Part shown: one piece after another, positions 13,940-29,007 of the stretch
Layout of the letters: every line of letters starts with the position of its first letter
Position numbering within the stretch: the stretch's first letter is position 1
From: the human T2T-CHM13v2.0 reference genome, Homo sapiens
Reading direction: 5' to 3' (one strand)
NCBI RefSeq assembly: GCF_009914755.1
Contig: NC_060931.1
Length of the DNA: 64,000 nucleotides
Notes under the pieces: generated by a model
What the model saw: the letters and a program-made list of their open reading frames with translations, nothing else
What the model was told of the DNA's origin: nothing
Databases searched by the model: none
Program-made: the position numbers and the translations under genes

Positions 13940-14625
13940 GTCACACCCAATAGGATGCTATAATGAGGAAGACAGGTAATAACAAATGCTGGCTAGGATG
14001 TAGAAAAACTGAACCCTCATACATTGCTGGTGGGAATGTAAAATTGGAGGAGCTGCTTGGAAACAATCTGGTCTTTCCTCAAAGGTAGATACAGAGTGAC
14101 CATGTGACACAGCAGTTCAACTCCTAGTGATATATATATATATATATGAAATAAAAACATGTTTACACAAAAATCTGTACACAAATATTCATAGCAGCAT
14201 TTATTCATAATAATAAGAAAATAGACACAATGCAAATGTCAACCAACTGACAAATAAAATGTAGAATATCCACGCAATGGAACATTACTTAGCAACACAA
14301 AGAAATAAAGTTCTGATACATACTACAACATAGGTGAATTCTGAAAACATTATTCTATGTGAAAAAACCAACCATAAAAGCCACATATTAAATGGTTACA
14401 TTTATATGAAATATCCAGATTAGGCAAATCTACATGGGCAAAAGTTGATTGGAAATTGCAGTGGGGCAGTGGGGTATATGAGGAGTGAGTGCTAACTGGT
14501 ATGAAGTTGCTTATTAGGGTGATGAAATGTTTTAAAATTGACTGTGAATATACTAAAAACCACTGACTTGTACACTTTAATGGGTGAGTTATACGACATG
14601 TGAATTATATCTTAATAAAACTGTT
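13940..14625 (+). mobile_element. L1MB-type 3' end
   Basis: aaccctcatacattgctggtgggaatgtaaaa...atagcagcattattcataata...gtgaattatatcttaataaaactg. Confidence 0.8.
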
Positions 14626-15034
14626 TTTTAAGAAAGCATAGAAAAAATCCCAGGATTCCAAGGTTATCGACTGATGCTCTGTGAACCTTGTGAAAATGAA
14701 GGTTAAGAGAAGATGACTTAAGTTCAAAAGACCTACAAAGCTACATAAAAAAAATTATAGTTTTGGGTACAAAATATTATTGATATAAAAGAACTAAAAA
14801 TGAAACGTCATCATGCCAAAAACAAAGAACAAAATAAAAATATCAAAGTGAAAAAATGTAAGTCTCCAAAAGACTGGAGATGTAAATAATCTGCTGCTTA
14901 TCCTGATTTTACCGCCCAGAATATAATCAGTCCAAGTCCAATAGTTAGCTAAGTGGATGACCTTGTGTTTCTCTCCAACACCACTCTTGTCATAGTTTTT
15001 TTGTTTGTTTGTTTTTGTTTTTTTTTTAGGAAAT

Positions 15035-15253
15035 ATAGTCTCCCCTCAGTATACAAGGAGGATTGGTTCCAGGACCGTAACACCCACCCGTCACCTAAAT
15101 CCACGCATATTCAAGTCCCACGGTGGGCCCTGAGGAACCCGCGTACAGGAAAAGTTGGCTCTCTACATATGCAGGTTTTATATCCTGTGAATAGGGTATT
15201 TTTGATCTGCCTTTGGTTGAAAAATATCTGTGTATAAGTGGACCTATGCAACT
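15035..15253 (+). mobile_element. MER2B-like (TcMar-Tigger) element
   Basis: ggattggttccaggacc...tcaagtccc...gaaaagttgg...ttggttgaaaaa...tataagtggacc. Confidence 0.75.
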
Positions 15254-15949
15254 GTAATCTCAAATTTACAGAAAGTTACAAAAATAAAAACAGTACAAGG
15301 AATACTGTATGTTCTCTATCTGGATTTACTGATGTTACATTTTATCCTGTTTGCTTTATCATTTGTATTCTCTCTCTCTCTCTCTCTCTCTCAGATACAG
15401 GAACGTGCATAATTTGTTTTCTGAATTATACATACATTATGGCCCTTTACCCCTAAATATTTCAATGTGTGTATTTCCTAATAAGAATATTTTCTTACAA
15501 AACCACAGTTGTTATCAACTTCACAGATTTACATTGATGAAATATTTTTATCTGGAATCAGCCATGTCTCCAAAGAGTTCTGGTTCCTTTTAGTGGAAAA
15601 TGGAATTAGAGACAAAGATCTGGGCACTAGGTTTGCTCATTGCTGTTGACCCTGCAATACTTCTTGATTAAATCAATATTCAAATAGATGATCCTTCCAA
15701 TACAATGGGCTCTCGATTCCTTGTCCTCTTCTCCTTCAACAATCTTACTGTTTACTCCAACTCATTTATCTTCTTCCATGGTCACACTCTATAATCTTGC
15801 CATTATAATGACTGAACTCTCTCTCAAATCTGAGTTCAAGTATGCTACTCTCAGGCTGCCATTTCAAATCTTTCCCTTTGATTTTACTTATTTTTAATTT
15901 TAATTTCTGTAAGTACACAGTAGGTAGATATATTTATGCTTCTCTTTGA

Positions 15950-16243
15950 TTTTTTTTTTTTTTTTAAAGATAGGCTCTCTGTCACCCAAACTGGAGGACA
16001 GTGGCATGTTCTTGGCTCACTGCAACCTTCACCTACTGGGTTCAAGTGATTCTTGTGCCTCAGCCTCCTGGGTAGCTGGGATTACAGTCATGCGTCACCA
16101 TGCGTGGCTAATTTTTGTATTTTTAGTAGAGATGGGGTTTTGTCATGTTAGCTAGGCTGGTCTTGAACTCCTGGCCTCAAGTGATCCACCTACCTCAGAC
16201 TCCCAACATGCTGGGATTACAGGCATGAGCCACCGCACCGGCC
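15950..16243 (-). mobile_element. Alu (S-type)
   Basis: Full dimer in reverse with poly-T head. Confidence 0.93.
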
Positions 16244-18468
16244 GTCCCTTTGATTCTAATTCCAATAATTCAGTAACCCCTTGAGACCTCCCAAATGTAC
16301 CACCTTCTCATGCTATCTCACAGGAGTCCCTGATACCCACTTCTTTATTTCCTTCCTTTCTGGATTAGATTACGTGATTCATTAAAATCAATTTCAGCAG
16401 TGAGTGATATCTTCAGCAGTGAGTGGTATCTTGAAAGGAAATGGGATCCAGTGCAACTGTGGAGATACTGGCTTTAAACTGGGGCCTGGAGAGTTCATTA
16501 GTTTTCAGAGAGCAAGCGGGGCAGGGTATTAAGAATACATATATTCATGGTCACTTAGGAAAATTCTAGTCCTGGGTGAAACCAAGTCAATGCCTGAGTG
16601 TGAGAAGCTGAATGAGCTTCTCACTGGTTGGACTTTAAATCTATGATCACTAAACCAAGGTGGGTTCTTGGCGTTGCCTGTCAATACTGTTAAATATCCC
16701 ATTCATGCTCCTAAGCCCCTAGGAGATTGTTCCTCACCTTCTCCTCATTTCTCTAATCTCCGACACCTCCTTCCCTCCTCCTTATTCTCAGTTGATGACT
16801 TTGCTGTATATTTCCCTGAAAAAATAGAAGCAATCAGAAAACTCCTGTTCCCAGAATGTCTGCCGTCCCTACTGCTTGCTAGCTGAGTGACTTGTAGCTT
16901 CAATTTCTTAATCTGTAACACGGAACTAATAATACAGTTTATACCAAAGTATGCTATGTAAACTGTAAAATGCCTTAAAAATGGTAATACCACATATTTC
17001 TATCTCCAGACAATTCTATGTCTTATTCAAATTTTCTTTTCACTTTTCCTTTGCTTGGTTCCTTCCCCCAACCTCTAGTCTATCTCAGTACTGGCTAGGG
17101 GCCAAAGGAACAGATTAGCATTTAGGAATGAGAACAAAACGCTAGTGAAGCTGCCTGGAGTTACAGAGTAGGTTTTGCTCCATTTGGGTTGTGGTAACAA
17201 AGTATCTTGTATAAAGTAGGCACCTCAACTACTTCATAATCCTCCACCCATCTTCAGCCACTTTAACCTTTACTATCTCAAGCCATTTCCTGTAAGCTCC
17301 TTAAAATTGCCATCACTAATTCATCTACATGTTCAGCAAGGCATCTCAAAGTAGAAGATGCTTATTACATATGGTTGTTTTTTCAAAGCCTATCTTATTT
17401 GAGATGAATAAAATTGTACCAAGGTGCAAAAATACAGCTTTGGCTGTAAAGCACTGAGAATGAGGGAACTAGAAAAGTGGGAGCAATAAGAGATTCAACA
17501 TTGTAAAATAGGAGAAATGTACATACTGGTTAATCATGTTACACTATTCCAGTACAATCTGGAAAGATGTTAGAAACAAGAAGAGTTGCATTTGAGTTTA
17601 TTTTTAAAACACACACACAAATACACACACACACGTGCAGACACACACAAGGAATGAGAGGGAATCCAAATGCTAAACAAATCCTTAAATAAAAATTAAA
17701 ATAATTCTTATGTGCAAATGACAAGATACACTATTTTTTAAAATTTAATTATCTGAACAAAATATTCTTCAGAAATTCTAATTCTGTACATCTGCTCATT
17801 AGGAACAGCATGTGAATTCAATGTGTGAGAAACAACTGATGAGACTAGATAATTGAAACAATAAACTACATAGCTATAATAACATGAAGAATGTTTTTAT
17901 ATAACTGTTAATCTGCAGATGAAATGACCAAAATCTCCCTAATCATCATGCCTGAGGACTAAAAGTAAAAGAAATAAAACTGACAATTCAAGGGATGAGT
18001 TGGATGACAACTTTAAGTTTCTATTAAGAAAATCTAAGAATTATTTGTGGGGAGTTATAAAGTTGATGGCTCCGAAAAATGTCTAAAAAGAACAAAATAA
18101 TATATTATAGATTACTTATAAATTACAAAAGGGTAAGTAAGTTACTTTCCAGATACTATGGAAACACTTCTAGTGGTCTATTTATGCCCACTCCCATGCA
18201 TATAGAAGACATCAATAATCAATTGTGGCCCTGTTATGGTCTCTCAACATTGCACTCCAGGCAGTGACTACAAATCTCTAAGACTTGACCCAGGGCATAA
18301 AATCTATTAGCAATTCCCGATCTACATCACATCAGTTTTTTAGATATACAGTTCAATGATCCTCTAGTCACGAGATACTAAGGAGCAATATATTCCAAGA
18401 GCCTCAAAATTGCCATACCCTTATGTATGTAAGAAATATATTGTAAAAAAATTCCAGACAATGGAGCA

Positions 18469-18812
<344 letters not shown>

Positions 18813-19344
18813 TTATACACAAAGATTATATTTATAAAACTGAGAAATCATAAAACCCTACATGTCTAAGAATAAGGGAATGGTTGGGTCTATTAGGCAA
18901 TTCACATGATGGAACAAACAATGAAAGGAGCTAAAGTGACACTGTGAACTGTAAAAAAAGAAAGCAGATATGTCTATGCAGCAGTTTGCTTTCACAAAAA
19001 GACTGGAAAAAAAAAGCAAAAATGTAAAGAAATAGTATGAAGCATTACATAAAGAGGAAGATTAGTAAAACACTAGTAAAAGGCACTGTGGAATTCCATA
19101 AAGTATCTAAAAGGTTTACTTGTAGAATATACTTAGAAATTGTTATACAATATAATTTCATAAATTATAAACATTAAAAGGATGCAATCTCTATCTCTGA
19201 AAGATTTAAGATAATACGACAAGATAAACTGCTTTGGTTATTGTTTACTTGACCAAAGGAAGGATTTGGGAAAAGATAATCTCATCAAGGTACTTTTTAA
19301 TCTACCGATCTGTGACACAGACAAAAATAATTAATTTTTATTTT

Positions 19345-19620
19345 ATTTTTTGAGGCAGGGTCTCCCTCTGTCACGCAGGCTGAAGTGCAGTGGCATGATC
19401 ATGATTCACTGCAGCCTCGACCTCCTGATCAAGTGATCCTCCCATCTCAGCTTCCCGAGTAGCTGGGACCACAGGCATATACCACCATGGCCAGCTAATT
19501 TTTAAATTTTCTGTAGAGACAGGGTCCACTTTTTGCCCTCACTGGTCTCAAACTCTTGGGCTCAAGAAGTCACCTTTGGGATCTTCCAAAGATTACAGGT
19601 GTGAGCCACTGCACTCAGCC
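19345..19620 (-). mobile_element. AluJ
   Basis: Reverse dimer with cactgcagcctcgacctcc. Confidence 0.9.
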
Positions 19621-19826
19621 TTAATTTTTATTCATGTTTATTTTTCAAATGCTTTTATCATAGATTACCTGGTTCAGATTAAGGAATGTAAGACTTATGA
19701 TTAAATATCACTTAGTTTATTATAACTTGTCAATTATCCTATAAAAATGTAAAATTATATGTTTAAATATGTATGTGCTCACAATTAAATTATCAAAGAT
19801 CCTTCAGGCTAAATATAGTTTGTATA

Positions 19827-20130
19827 GGCTGGGCATGGTGGCTCACGCCTGTAATCCCAGCACTTTAGGAGGCTGAAGTGGGAGGATCGCTTGAGCTCAG
19901 AAGTTTGAGACCAACCTGAGCAACATAGTGAGACCCTGTCTCTACAAAAAATGAAAAAATTAGCTGGGCATAGTGGTTCTTGCCTATGGTCCCAGGTCCT
20001 CAGGAGGCTGAGGCAGGATTTTTTGACCCCAGGAGGTCAAGGCTGCAGTGAGCTGTGACTGTATCACTGCACTCCAGCCTGGGTGACAGACCCTGTCTCC
20101 AAATAATAATAACAACAATAATAATAATAA
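19827..20130 (+). mobile_element. AluJ with (AAT)n tail
   Basis: Dimer with gaggtcaaggctgcagtgagct. Confidence 0.92.
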
Positions 20131-21793
20131 TACACACACACGTGTGTGTGAGAGAGTTTGTAATACATTAGAAATTATACTTTATGTGGAATCCAGGGTT
20201 AGGGTATGTTTTTGAAAATGTATAATAAAGGACAAATCTGTAGGTTTACACAGGAATTTGTCACTTTCCCAGCACATCAATCTAACTAAATTTTGATAAT
20301 AAATGAAACTAATTTTCTTGAGTGCTAAAACTATCAGAAAATATTTTCAAGAAAATATTCTCACAGCGTATGCCATACTTTTCTGGTTTCATAAATAAGA
20401 TACACAGAACATGTACCTGAAGAAGGCAAATTCTACTTAGGTTAACCATTGTAAATGTTCACAAGTGTTTGAGCAGTGTTTTTATGCTGTTACATCTCTT
20501 CTCTGCTTTTAGTGACTTCATCCAAGCTTAGCAGGGTATATATAGCTGCATTCCCCTTCATTCATTAAACAAACTTAGATTACTACCTCTTTTGATATTT
20601 GGTGTTTCCTATTCTTCTTTAAATTTTGGTGATTTTACGAGTCCTTCCTAGGTTGTAAACTTTCTTGTTTAATAACTCGTAGGAATACGAGTTATTCCTA
20701 GGGTGTAAACTTTCTCTTTTTTGATCTTTTTTTGATACTCTTCCCTCATCTTGGTCTAACTTGCTTTGAAGTGGGAAACCAGAGGACTAACCATGTTAAA
20801 GCCGGGAGACTTTCCTATGAGTTATGTGTGTGTGCTTTAGTATATGGACACTGTAACATCAATCTAGCAGTTCAGAGAATGATTTCATTGCCTTCTTCAT
20901 TCTTAGTTATCTCCTGGACTGTTAAATTTATCAAATATTTGACAATTTTAAAAAGAGGTTTTTTACTAGCTATTTACAAAATAAAGACAGGTATAATTGA
21001 ACCACAGAACAGACTCAATGGTAATGTTGTATCTTAACATCAGGCTAAATCTTCACACAAATCTGTTATTAAAGAGATGACAGCTTGAGATGGGATCCAG
21101 TTTGAACAGTTAATATATAACCAAAAAGTAAGAAACAAAATCATGTCTTGTTTATGCATGAGAGATGAGCATGAACACCACACAGGAATAAAATACAGCT
21201 TTGTAACTCAAAACTCTGTTGCTCAAATACCACCAATTCCTACCACACAAAGCCCCTTTCTCAACCTAACTTTCTCATTAACCTTCTCTAGATTACCCAT
21301 GCTCCTGTCAAAATCTCCACCTGGCAATACAGGGGATAAGAAACGCAAACACAATTTGCTAAGAATGAATCATCTAATCAAATCTATTATCCTCTCTAAG
21401 AGCTTTTATTTTTCCTGAAAGGATCTTAAGCTTTTGAACAGCAGATAGAATTTCTATCTACCCATGACCTAAACACTGGCCTTGTTAATTAAATTTAGAG
21501 TCATAAGTCTGCATATTTTTAATTATTTGAAAAAGAAAGAACTGTTCACTTTCAGGTATGCTGAGCTTTTCCCACTTTCCAATAATGAATACTGTAAGTA
21601 ATTTATTAACAACTTAAACAATCCTTCATATCTACATGAAATGTACAGAATAAGGCTTCTTTGATTTATAGTAATTTGATTATAGTACAAACTAAACTTC
21701 AAACTACAGAATTTCAAAAAAGAATGACAGTTTATTACTTTGAGGGATACAGAATAACTAAAATCCCAGCTTCCTAGTATTAAGCCCTAATTA

Positions 21794-21960
<167 letters not shown>

Positions 21961-22020
21961 TTTTAAAAATGTAATTAAATCTATAATCTTACATGCATTA
22001 TTACTTTTCGTAGTAAGAAA

Positions 22021-22321
<301 letters not shown>

Positions 22322-23231
22322 TAAGAAATTCTTTATATATAGTCCAACAATAATATTCAGTTCAGCTAAAGTCCTAATAATAAAAAAGTGTATTACTGAA
22401 CTCCAAGTTAATTAGGTTCTTTCTGTATATTCGTTTTAATATTAATGTTTATAATGTAAAACCAGGAAAAAAGGTTCATTACCTGATCGAAAGCAGGAAT
22501 TCAGTTTGCAAAACATGGCACTATATTCGTCATTCTATGATTGTGTTTGCCATAAATGGCTATAAGTGTTTGAGAAAGCATCTCAAGAGAAGTAGTTTTA
22601 AAGGATATAATTCCAGTGTGGCTTGACTGACCCTCTTCCCCACCACAGTCTCTCATTTTGATAGTGGATTTGTCCATTTCTCTCTATAATTCTATCCACT
22701 TGTGCTTTATTAGTCTGAGGCTGTCTTGTAAGGTGTATCATAATTCTTTACCTTCCTGTAAATTGTTCCTTTTCTCAATATGTGACCTTCACAATCCCTA
22801 ATAATGTTTTTTGACTTAAGGTCTATTCTGTCTAATGTTAATATCGTTATGTCAGCATTCTTCTGATTAGTATTTGCCTGAAATATTTTTTCTCCATTCC
22901 TTTACTTTCATCCTTTATCTGTCCTTATATTTTAGGTATGTCACACGAAGCTGAATTCAGCCATTGATTCTATGCAAACTGAAAAATGTCAGTGGCCAGT
23001 TTAGTATATTTATATTTATTGTGATCAGTGATGTATATGTTGGAATTATTTTACTACCTTATTATAAACTTTCCCTTATTTGTCATGATTCAATTTTTGC
23101 TTCTTTTGTTTCTGTATATTTTTCAGCCTTTTACTCAACTGATAGTTTCCTTTTTTACCCTTTTCCATTAACTTAATTCTAAGTTATATATTCTATTTCT
23201 ATTCTTTCAGTAGTCATAATTAAATTGTTAA

Positions 23232-23570
<339 letters not shown>

Positions 23571-24311
23571 CTATGGCTTTACAATCCTTCTGAACAATGA
23601 CATGCATTTTAAAATGCTTTAAAATCCATCACTCTTTCCTCATTTTATACCTTAATGTGGACTTGTATTTTAGTTCCATCTTACTTCTATGTTCCATATT
23701 AGTCACTATTATTTCTTATTTTATGCAATTAAAGATTAGATTTACCTATATGTTTATCAATGTTTTGTGCTTATTATTACTTATTATTACTTCCTGCATT
23801 CTAATCCTTCCTTTTTGCATTAGATTTCCTCCTTCTGCATTCAACCATTAAATAGCTTCCCTCTCATTCTGAGTGAAGGCCAAAGCCCTTACTATGGCCT
23901 GCTAGAGCTGGCAGGATCTAGGATTAAGGTTACATAGTTTCAAGGATGTCAGACTGGGTCACGAGGAATTCTGGAAAAGCAAGAGCATTTAATCAGTTTT
24001 AAGTCTGTCAGTATTCAAGAGTCCACGCTTATAAGCAAGAGGATCTGGGGTTGAAGGTATCACTTTATGGCGGTATAACCAAAGTCCAGAACACACAATG
24101 CTTCAGTAATTGCCAGGCTGCTACTGCCTTTTTAGGCACTTGGACTTGCCTCTTCAGTCCCATTCATTGTGATCACTCCCTCTGAATACTAATCAAATTA
24201 TTCCTTCTTGTAAAATCTTGCATATGGTAAAAATTGAAACAGAACTGAAAGGCATAAAATTTTTCAAAAAGTTCTCTCTCCGGTTCTTAGCAAAGATAGT
24301 ACTCACACGTG

Positions 24312-24613
24312 CTTTTTTTTTTTTTTTTTCTGAGACAGGACATCCTTCTATTACTCCGGCTGGAGTGCAGTGGCCATGATCTTGGTTCGCTACAGCCTCC
24401 ACCTTCTGGGATCAAGTGATCCTTCCTGCCTCAGCTTCCCAAGTATCTGGGACATCAGATATGTGCCACCACATCCTGCTAATTTTGGTATTTTCAGTAG
24501 AGATGGGGTTTCGCATGTTGCCCAAGCTGGTCTTGAACTCCATGGCTCAAGCGATCCACCTGCCTTGGCCTCTCACAGTGCTGGGATTACAGGCGTGAGC
24601 CATGTCACCCAGC
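24312..24613 (-). mobile_element. AluJ
   Basis: Reverse dimer with poly-T. Confidence 0.9.
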
Positions 24614-24936
24614 CTCACATATGTTTTGAATTACCAAAAGTGAACATAAAAAAATCTAGACCCAAGAAAAGAAAGATGTTATACACACACACACACACAC
24701 CCCTTTACTCCTTCATTTTCTCCAAACTTCCAAAATATATACTACATTTAGTTTCGGTAATGTTATTTTAGGCAGTTGATGTTTAAACTGGAGAAAAGTG
24801 GCTGTTTGGTAAAATTAATTGTTTACTGTGAATTTGAATATACTGTGACTGTATATGTGTGGGACTGTTTCTCTTTCAATGTTCCATTTTTCTATACTTG
24901 TGCTAATATTTTATACTTCATTATCCTAACTAGAAC

Positions 24937-25302
24937 TTTTTTTTTTTTTTTTTTTTTTTTTTTGTAGAGATGGGATCTCACTCAATTACCCAGGCTGGTC
25001 TCTAACTCCTGATCTCAAGTGATTCTCCCTCAGTTTGCTGGGATTTACAGGCGTGAGACACCACACCTGGCCTTTACTATAACTTTATAAGTCTTCTTAT
25101 GTAGTAGAGCAAATCGCTCTGCATTGTTCCTCTTCTTAAAAAAGTGTCTTGATTGCCAGGTGTGGTAACTCATGCCTGAAATCTCAGCTACTGGGGAGGC
25201 TGAGGCAGAAAGATCCCTTGAGCTCACGAGTTCCAGGCTGCAGTGAGCAAGGATCACGACATTGCATCTAGCCTGGGCAACACAGCAAGACTCCATCCCT
25301 TG
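24937..25302. mobile_element. Two Alu monomers: FLAM-like on minus (24937-25071) and FRAM-like on plus (25155-25302)
   Basis: Single-arm Alu sequences in opposite orientations. Confidence 0.75.
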
Positions 25303-26167
25303 AAACAAGTGTCTTGGTTATTCTTGACACTTCTGCATTTCCATAAAAATTTAACAATCAATTGATCAAATTTTTTTAAAGTTAGAATTTTTATTGGAAT
25401 TACATCAAATCTACAGATCAATTTCAGAAGAATCAACCCCCTTATAATACTGAGTCATCTAATACATGAATAGTATATATACCATCATTTAAAAAATTCT
25501 TCTTCAATTTCTTTCAACACAACTTATAGTTTTCAGTGTAAAGTCTTGCCCATATTTTGCCAAATTATTCCTAGAATTTGAAAATATCAAATTCTGGAAT
25601 TTGATATTTTCTGCTGCCACTGTAAATAGCCTTTTATAAAGTAAATTCTATTTTCTGTTTGTAGCTGGTAGATAGAAATAGTTGGTTTTCAGTGATACCT
25701 TGTATACAATGATTTTACTAAAAATCATAATTCTAGAATATGCTTTTGGCTTTAATCATGTTCATTGGTTTTTTGTGTTTAATTTGATTGTTTTCTGCCT
25801 CATCTTTATTATTTCCTTCTTACTATTTATTATGGGTTTAATTTGCCCTTTTTTTTCCTCTTTTTAGTTTCTTAAGGTAATAGATCCTTGATTGAGATCT
25901 TTTTTCCTTCCCAATAAAAGTATTCAATGATTTGAATTTTGCTGAATTAGCTGCATCCTACAAATGCCAATAGATTTGTTCTATTTTCATTTTTATTTAG
26001 TTTGAAATATTTTTTTAAAATATTCCTCTTTGGCCTATAGATCATTTAAATGTTTGCTGTTTAACTTTGAAATACCTGGGGGATTTTCCAGGTATCTATC
26101 AGTTATTTGGGGAGGAAGAATCACAGGCCTCTTTAAAATCTATTAGAGCATTTTCCCAGAAAAATTC

Positions 26168-26615
26168 TGTGAAAGGAAAATAAATGTTGGGGCCCCCAAA
26201 TCACTAAGCTAAAGGGAAGAGTCAAGCTGGGAACTGCTTATGACAAACCTGCCTCCCATTCTATTCAGAGTCACCCCTCTGCTCACTGAGATAAATGTAT
26301 ATCTGATTGTCTCCTTTGGAGAGGCTATTCAGAAACTCAAAAGAATGCAACGATTTATTTCTTATCTACCTGTGATCTGGAAGCCCCCTCCCCGCTTTGA
26401 GTTGTCCCACCTTTCCGGATGGAACCACTGTTCATCTTACATATGTTGATTGATGTCTCATGACTCCCTAAAATGTATAAAATCAAACTGTGCTCTGACC
26501 ACCTTGGGCACGTGTCATCAGGACCTCCTGAGGCTGTGTCTCTGCAAGTCCTCAACCTTGGCAAAATAAACTTTCTAAATTAACTGAGACCTGTCTCAGA
26601 TATACGGGGTTCACA
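26168..26615 (+). mobile_element. MER4A1-type ERV1 solo LTR
   Basis: TG...CA termini; tgtgaaaggaaaataaat...aaataaactttctaaattaactgagacctgtctcaga...ggggttcaca; near-match 4-bp TSD ATTC/ATTT. Confidence 0.9.
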
Positions 26616-28203
26616 ATTTCAAAAATATTTTGAGAAATATTTTTGTTTTCATAAAACTTGCAAATGGAACTAAGTTTTATATGTTTTATAATTTCCTAGG
26701 ATCTACAGATCCCCTAAACCCATTCCCATTGCTAGATTATCAATTCCTGCCCTAAGGTATTGAATATGCTAAGACTATCTAAGAGATAGAGAAAGAGAAA
26801 GAGGATTTTTCTTAATTCCCATTACAGCGAGAATCTTTCCATGTCACCATTTTTGCTTTTAGATATGTCTCAGAAAGTACTCTAAACTGGCACAACCTAA
26901 TACTAGTGAGTTGAGTAAAAGCTGCTCAAAAGTGTGCTACATGTCTGATACAGCAAAGGATAATCAAAGACAATCCATAGCTTCTAAGATTCAAACAAGC
27001 TTGCTTATACTCAAATGCAGAGTTTTAGTTTGCATCCTAATTTTTAAAAGGAAGTCTTCTCCCTCATTCTGGGTTTGTGCCTAATACGTGTGTTCGGGGA
27101 GGGGTAGTTACAGTTGCCCCATTAATCATGCCTCCCTTCATACCATTACTACATGTCTCCAATTCAGAACCCTATCTACTGCTGGTAGCTGGTGTCACAC
27201 TGGGATACTGCAGATGTAGTTCTTGAGCATGTTTTGGCCTTAGTTCCATTTGCAAGGCAATCTTGCTGTTTGTCACACTAGGTTGATACCTATAGTGGCC
27301 CTGGGCAGTAAATGCAGGTTTTCTTTCGATCTTATTATGAGTACAGGTATATCTTTAATGTGATATGTATTTGTATGTGGGTGTACGCTAGGAAGGAGGG
27401 TGCTCTGAGTAAACCACAGCCTAACCTTGATTAAATGTTGACACTTTTATCTCCCAGAAATATAATTTCAAATAGTGTAATTTTTAAGCACACATGAAGG
27501 AATTAAATTATAGTCCATACCTTGGAACAGGGTAAGATTAAAAGCTGTACTTGATCACTAATATGCTTCAACAGATATAAAAGCTCTATAGTGTTAGGAC
27601 TTCCAATCCCAGTAAAAAATTGACTATGTAATTGACCAATCCTCTCAATGAGAACATCTGGAAAAACTAAATAACAAATTTCAAAAATCTTCCTGATGGT
27701 ACTGAAGTGATAACATGGTAAGTAAAAAGTTATTCAATTGCTCAATTGAATTCAAGATTCAATTGCTCAATTTCTTTTCAAACTTCTAATACTAATATTT
27801 TCTAGGGTGGGTGTGGAGGATTCCATTTACTCAGAGACTAAAAAAACTTCATATTCTGGAATGAAGAAAAAAAATTTTTAAATGAGAAAGATAAAAAAAT
27901 AGAAAAGGGAAAATGTTTGAATATTATATGCCTGTGGTAATGAAAAGAGGTTTAGGACAATAAAGATTAGAAAATGTGATAAGAGGTCAACATATATAAT
28001 TTAAAAGCCATATAGGAAAAAGTCTTTTGATTTTTATAGTAATATTAGCATTAACTGAAATCATTAAGTAAATTACCATAGCAATGAATTTCTCTCTTCT
28101 TTGGCAATGAAGGTGGTGTCAAATGACATAAAATTTAACACAAACACACCATTAGGATTCAAGTAGGGAGCGTCCATCTTTGGGAATAAAAATAAAAGCT
28201 CAG

Positions 28204-28360
28204 CCAGGTGTGGTGGAGTTGCCTGTAGTCCCAGCTACTTGAGAGGCTGAGGCAGGAGGATTGCTTGAGCCTAGGAGTTTGGGGCTTTAGAGAACATTGG
28301 TTGCACCTGTGAATACGCCCTGCATAACAGTCTGGCAACATAGCGAAACCCTGTCTCTAA
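28204..28360 (+). mobile_element. FAM-like Alu monomer
   Basis: Monomer with gcacctgtgaata...ggcaacatagcgaaaccctgtctct. Confidence 0.7.
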
Positions 28361-28579
28361 ATATTAAAAATTAAAATTAAAAAAGTTCATGAGCTCTCTT
28401 TTTTCATTGTTGCATACTCTCAATTTGGCTTTATGATAGATGACATAATTCATCCCACTCTTCACCCCCTTTGTATCTTCATTCTTTGCTATTTAATTTT
28501 GCACTGTGGAGGGGTTGTTTTGGTGAGACTTACGGGAATATTTTCTCTCCTGTGCCCCGTCTTCACCATGAGATCAGGC

Positions 28580-28823
28580 CCAGGATAGGCTGCTGCAGGA
28601 TTAGAGCTACGTATAATAGAGCAGAAGTTTTAATATGGTTAAGGCCAGCCTAGAACAGCAGCCAGCCAGTCTTGTGAGTAAACCCAGCCAACCTCAGAAA
28701 AGACACCTAGCTAGCACCCCATATGACCCGAGAAGCATGAGCAATAAATGCTTACTGCGTGTCACCCACGCCAACAGCGGTTGTTGGTTACACAGCATTC
28801 TTATGACAACATATAACTAATAC
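28580..28823 (+). mobile_element. MLT1-type MaLR LTR 3' part
   Basis: catgagcaataaatgctta...ttggttacacagca...taactaataca terminus. Confidence 0.55.
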
Positions 28824-29007
28824 AGACTTTGACCTGCTTTAACTAACAATTTCAAATTTTTTACCTTCTCTTGAAAATATTGTCATTGCTCTCTGTTTTC
28901 AATATGATCTACTGACTCTTAGTCCTGACAGTTCATCTAGTATTGACTTGCCACAGCCCCCAGAAAATCAAGCTCTTACAAGTCTGAGAAGCAAGTCAGA
29001 AAGCTAT

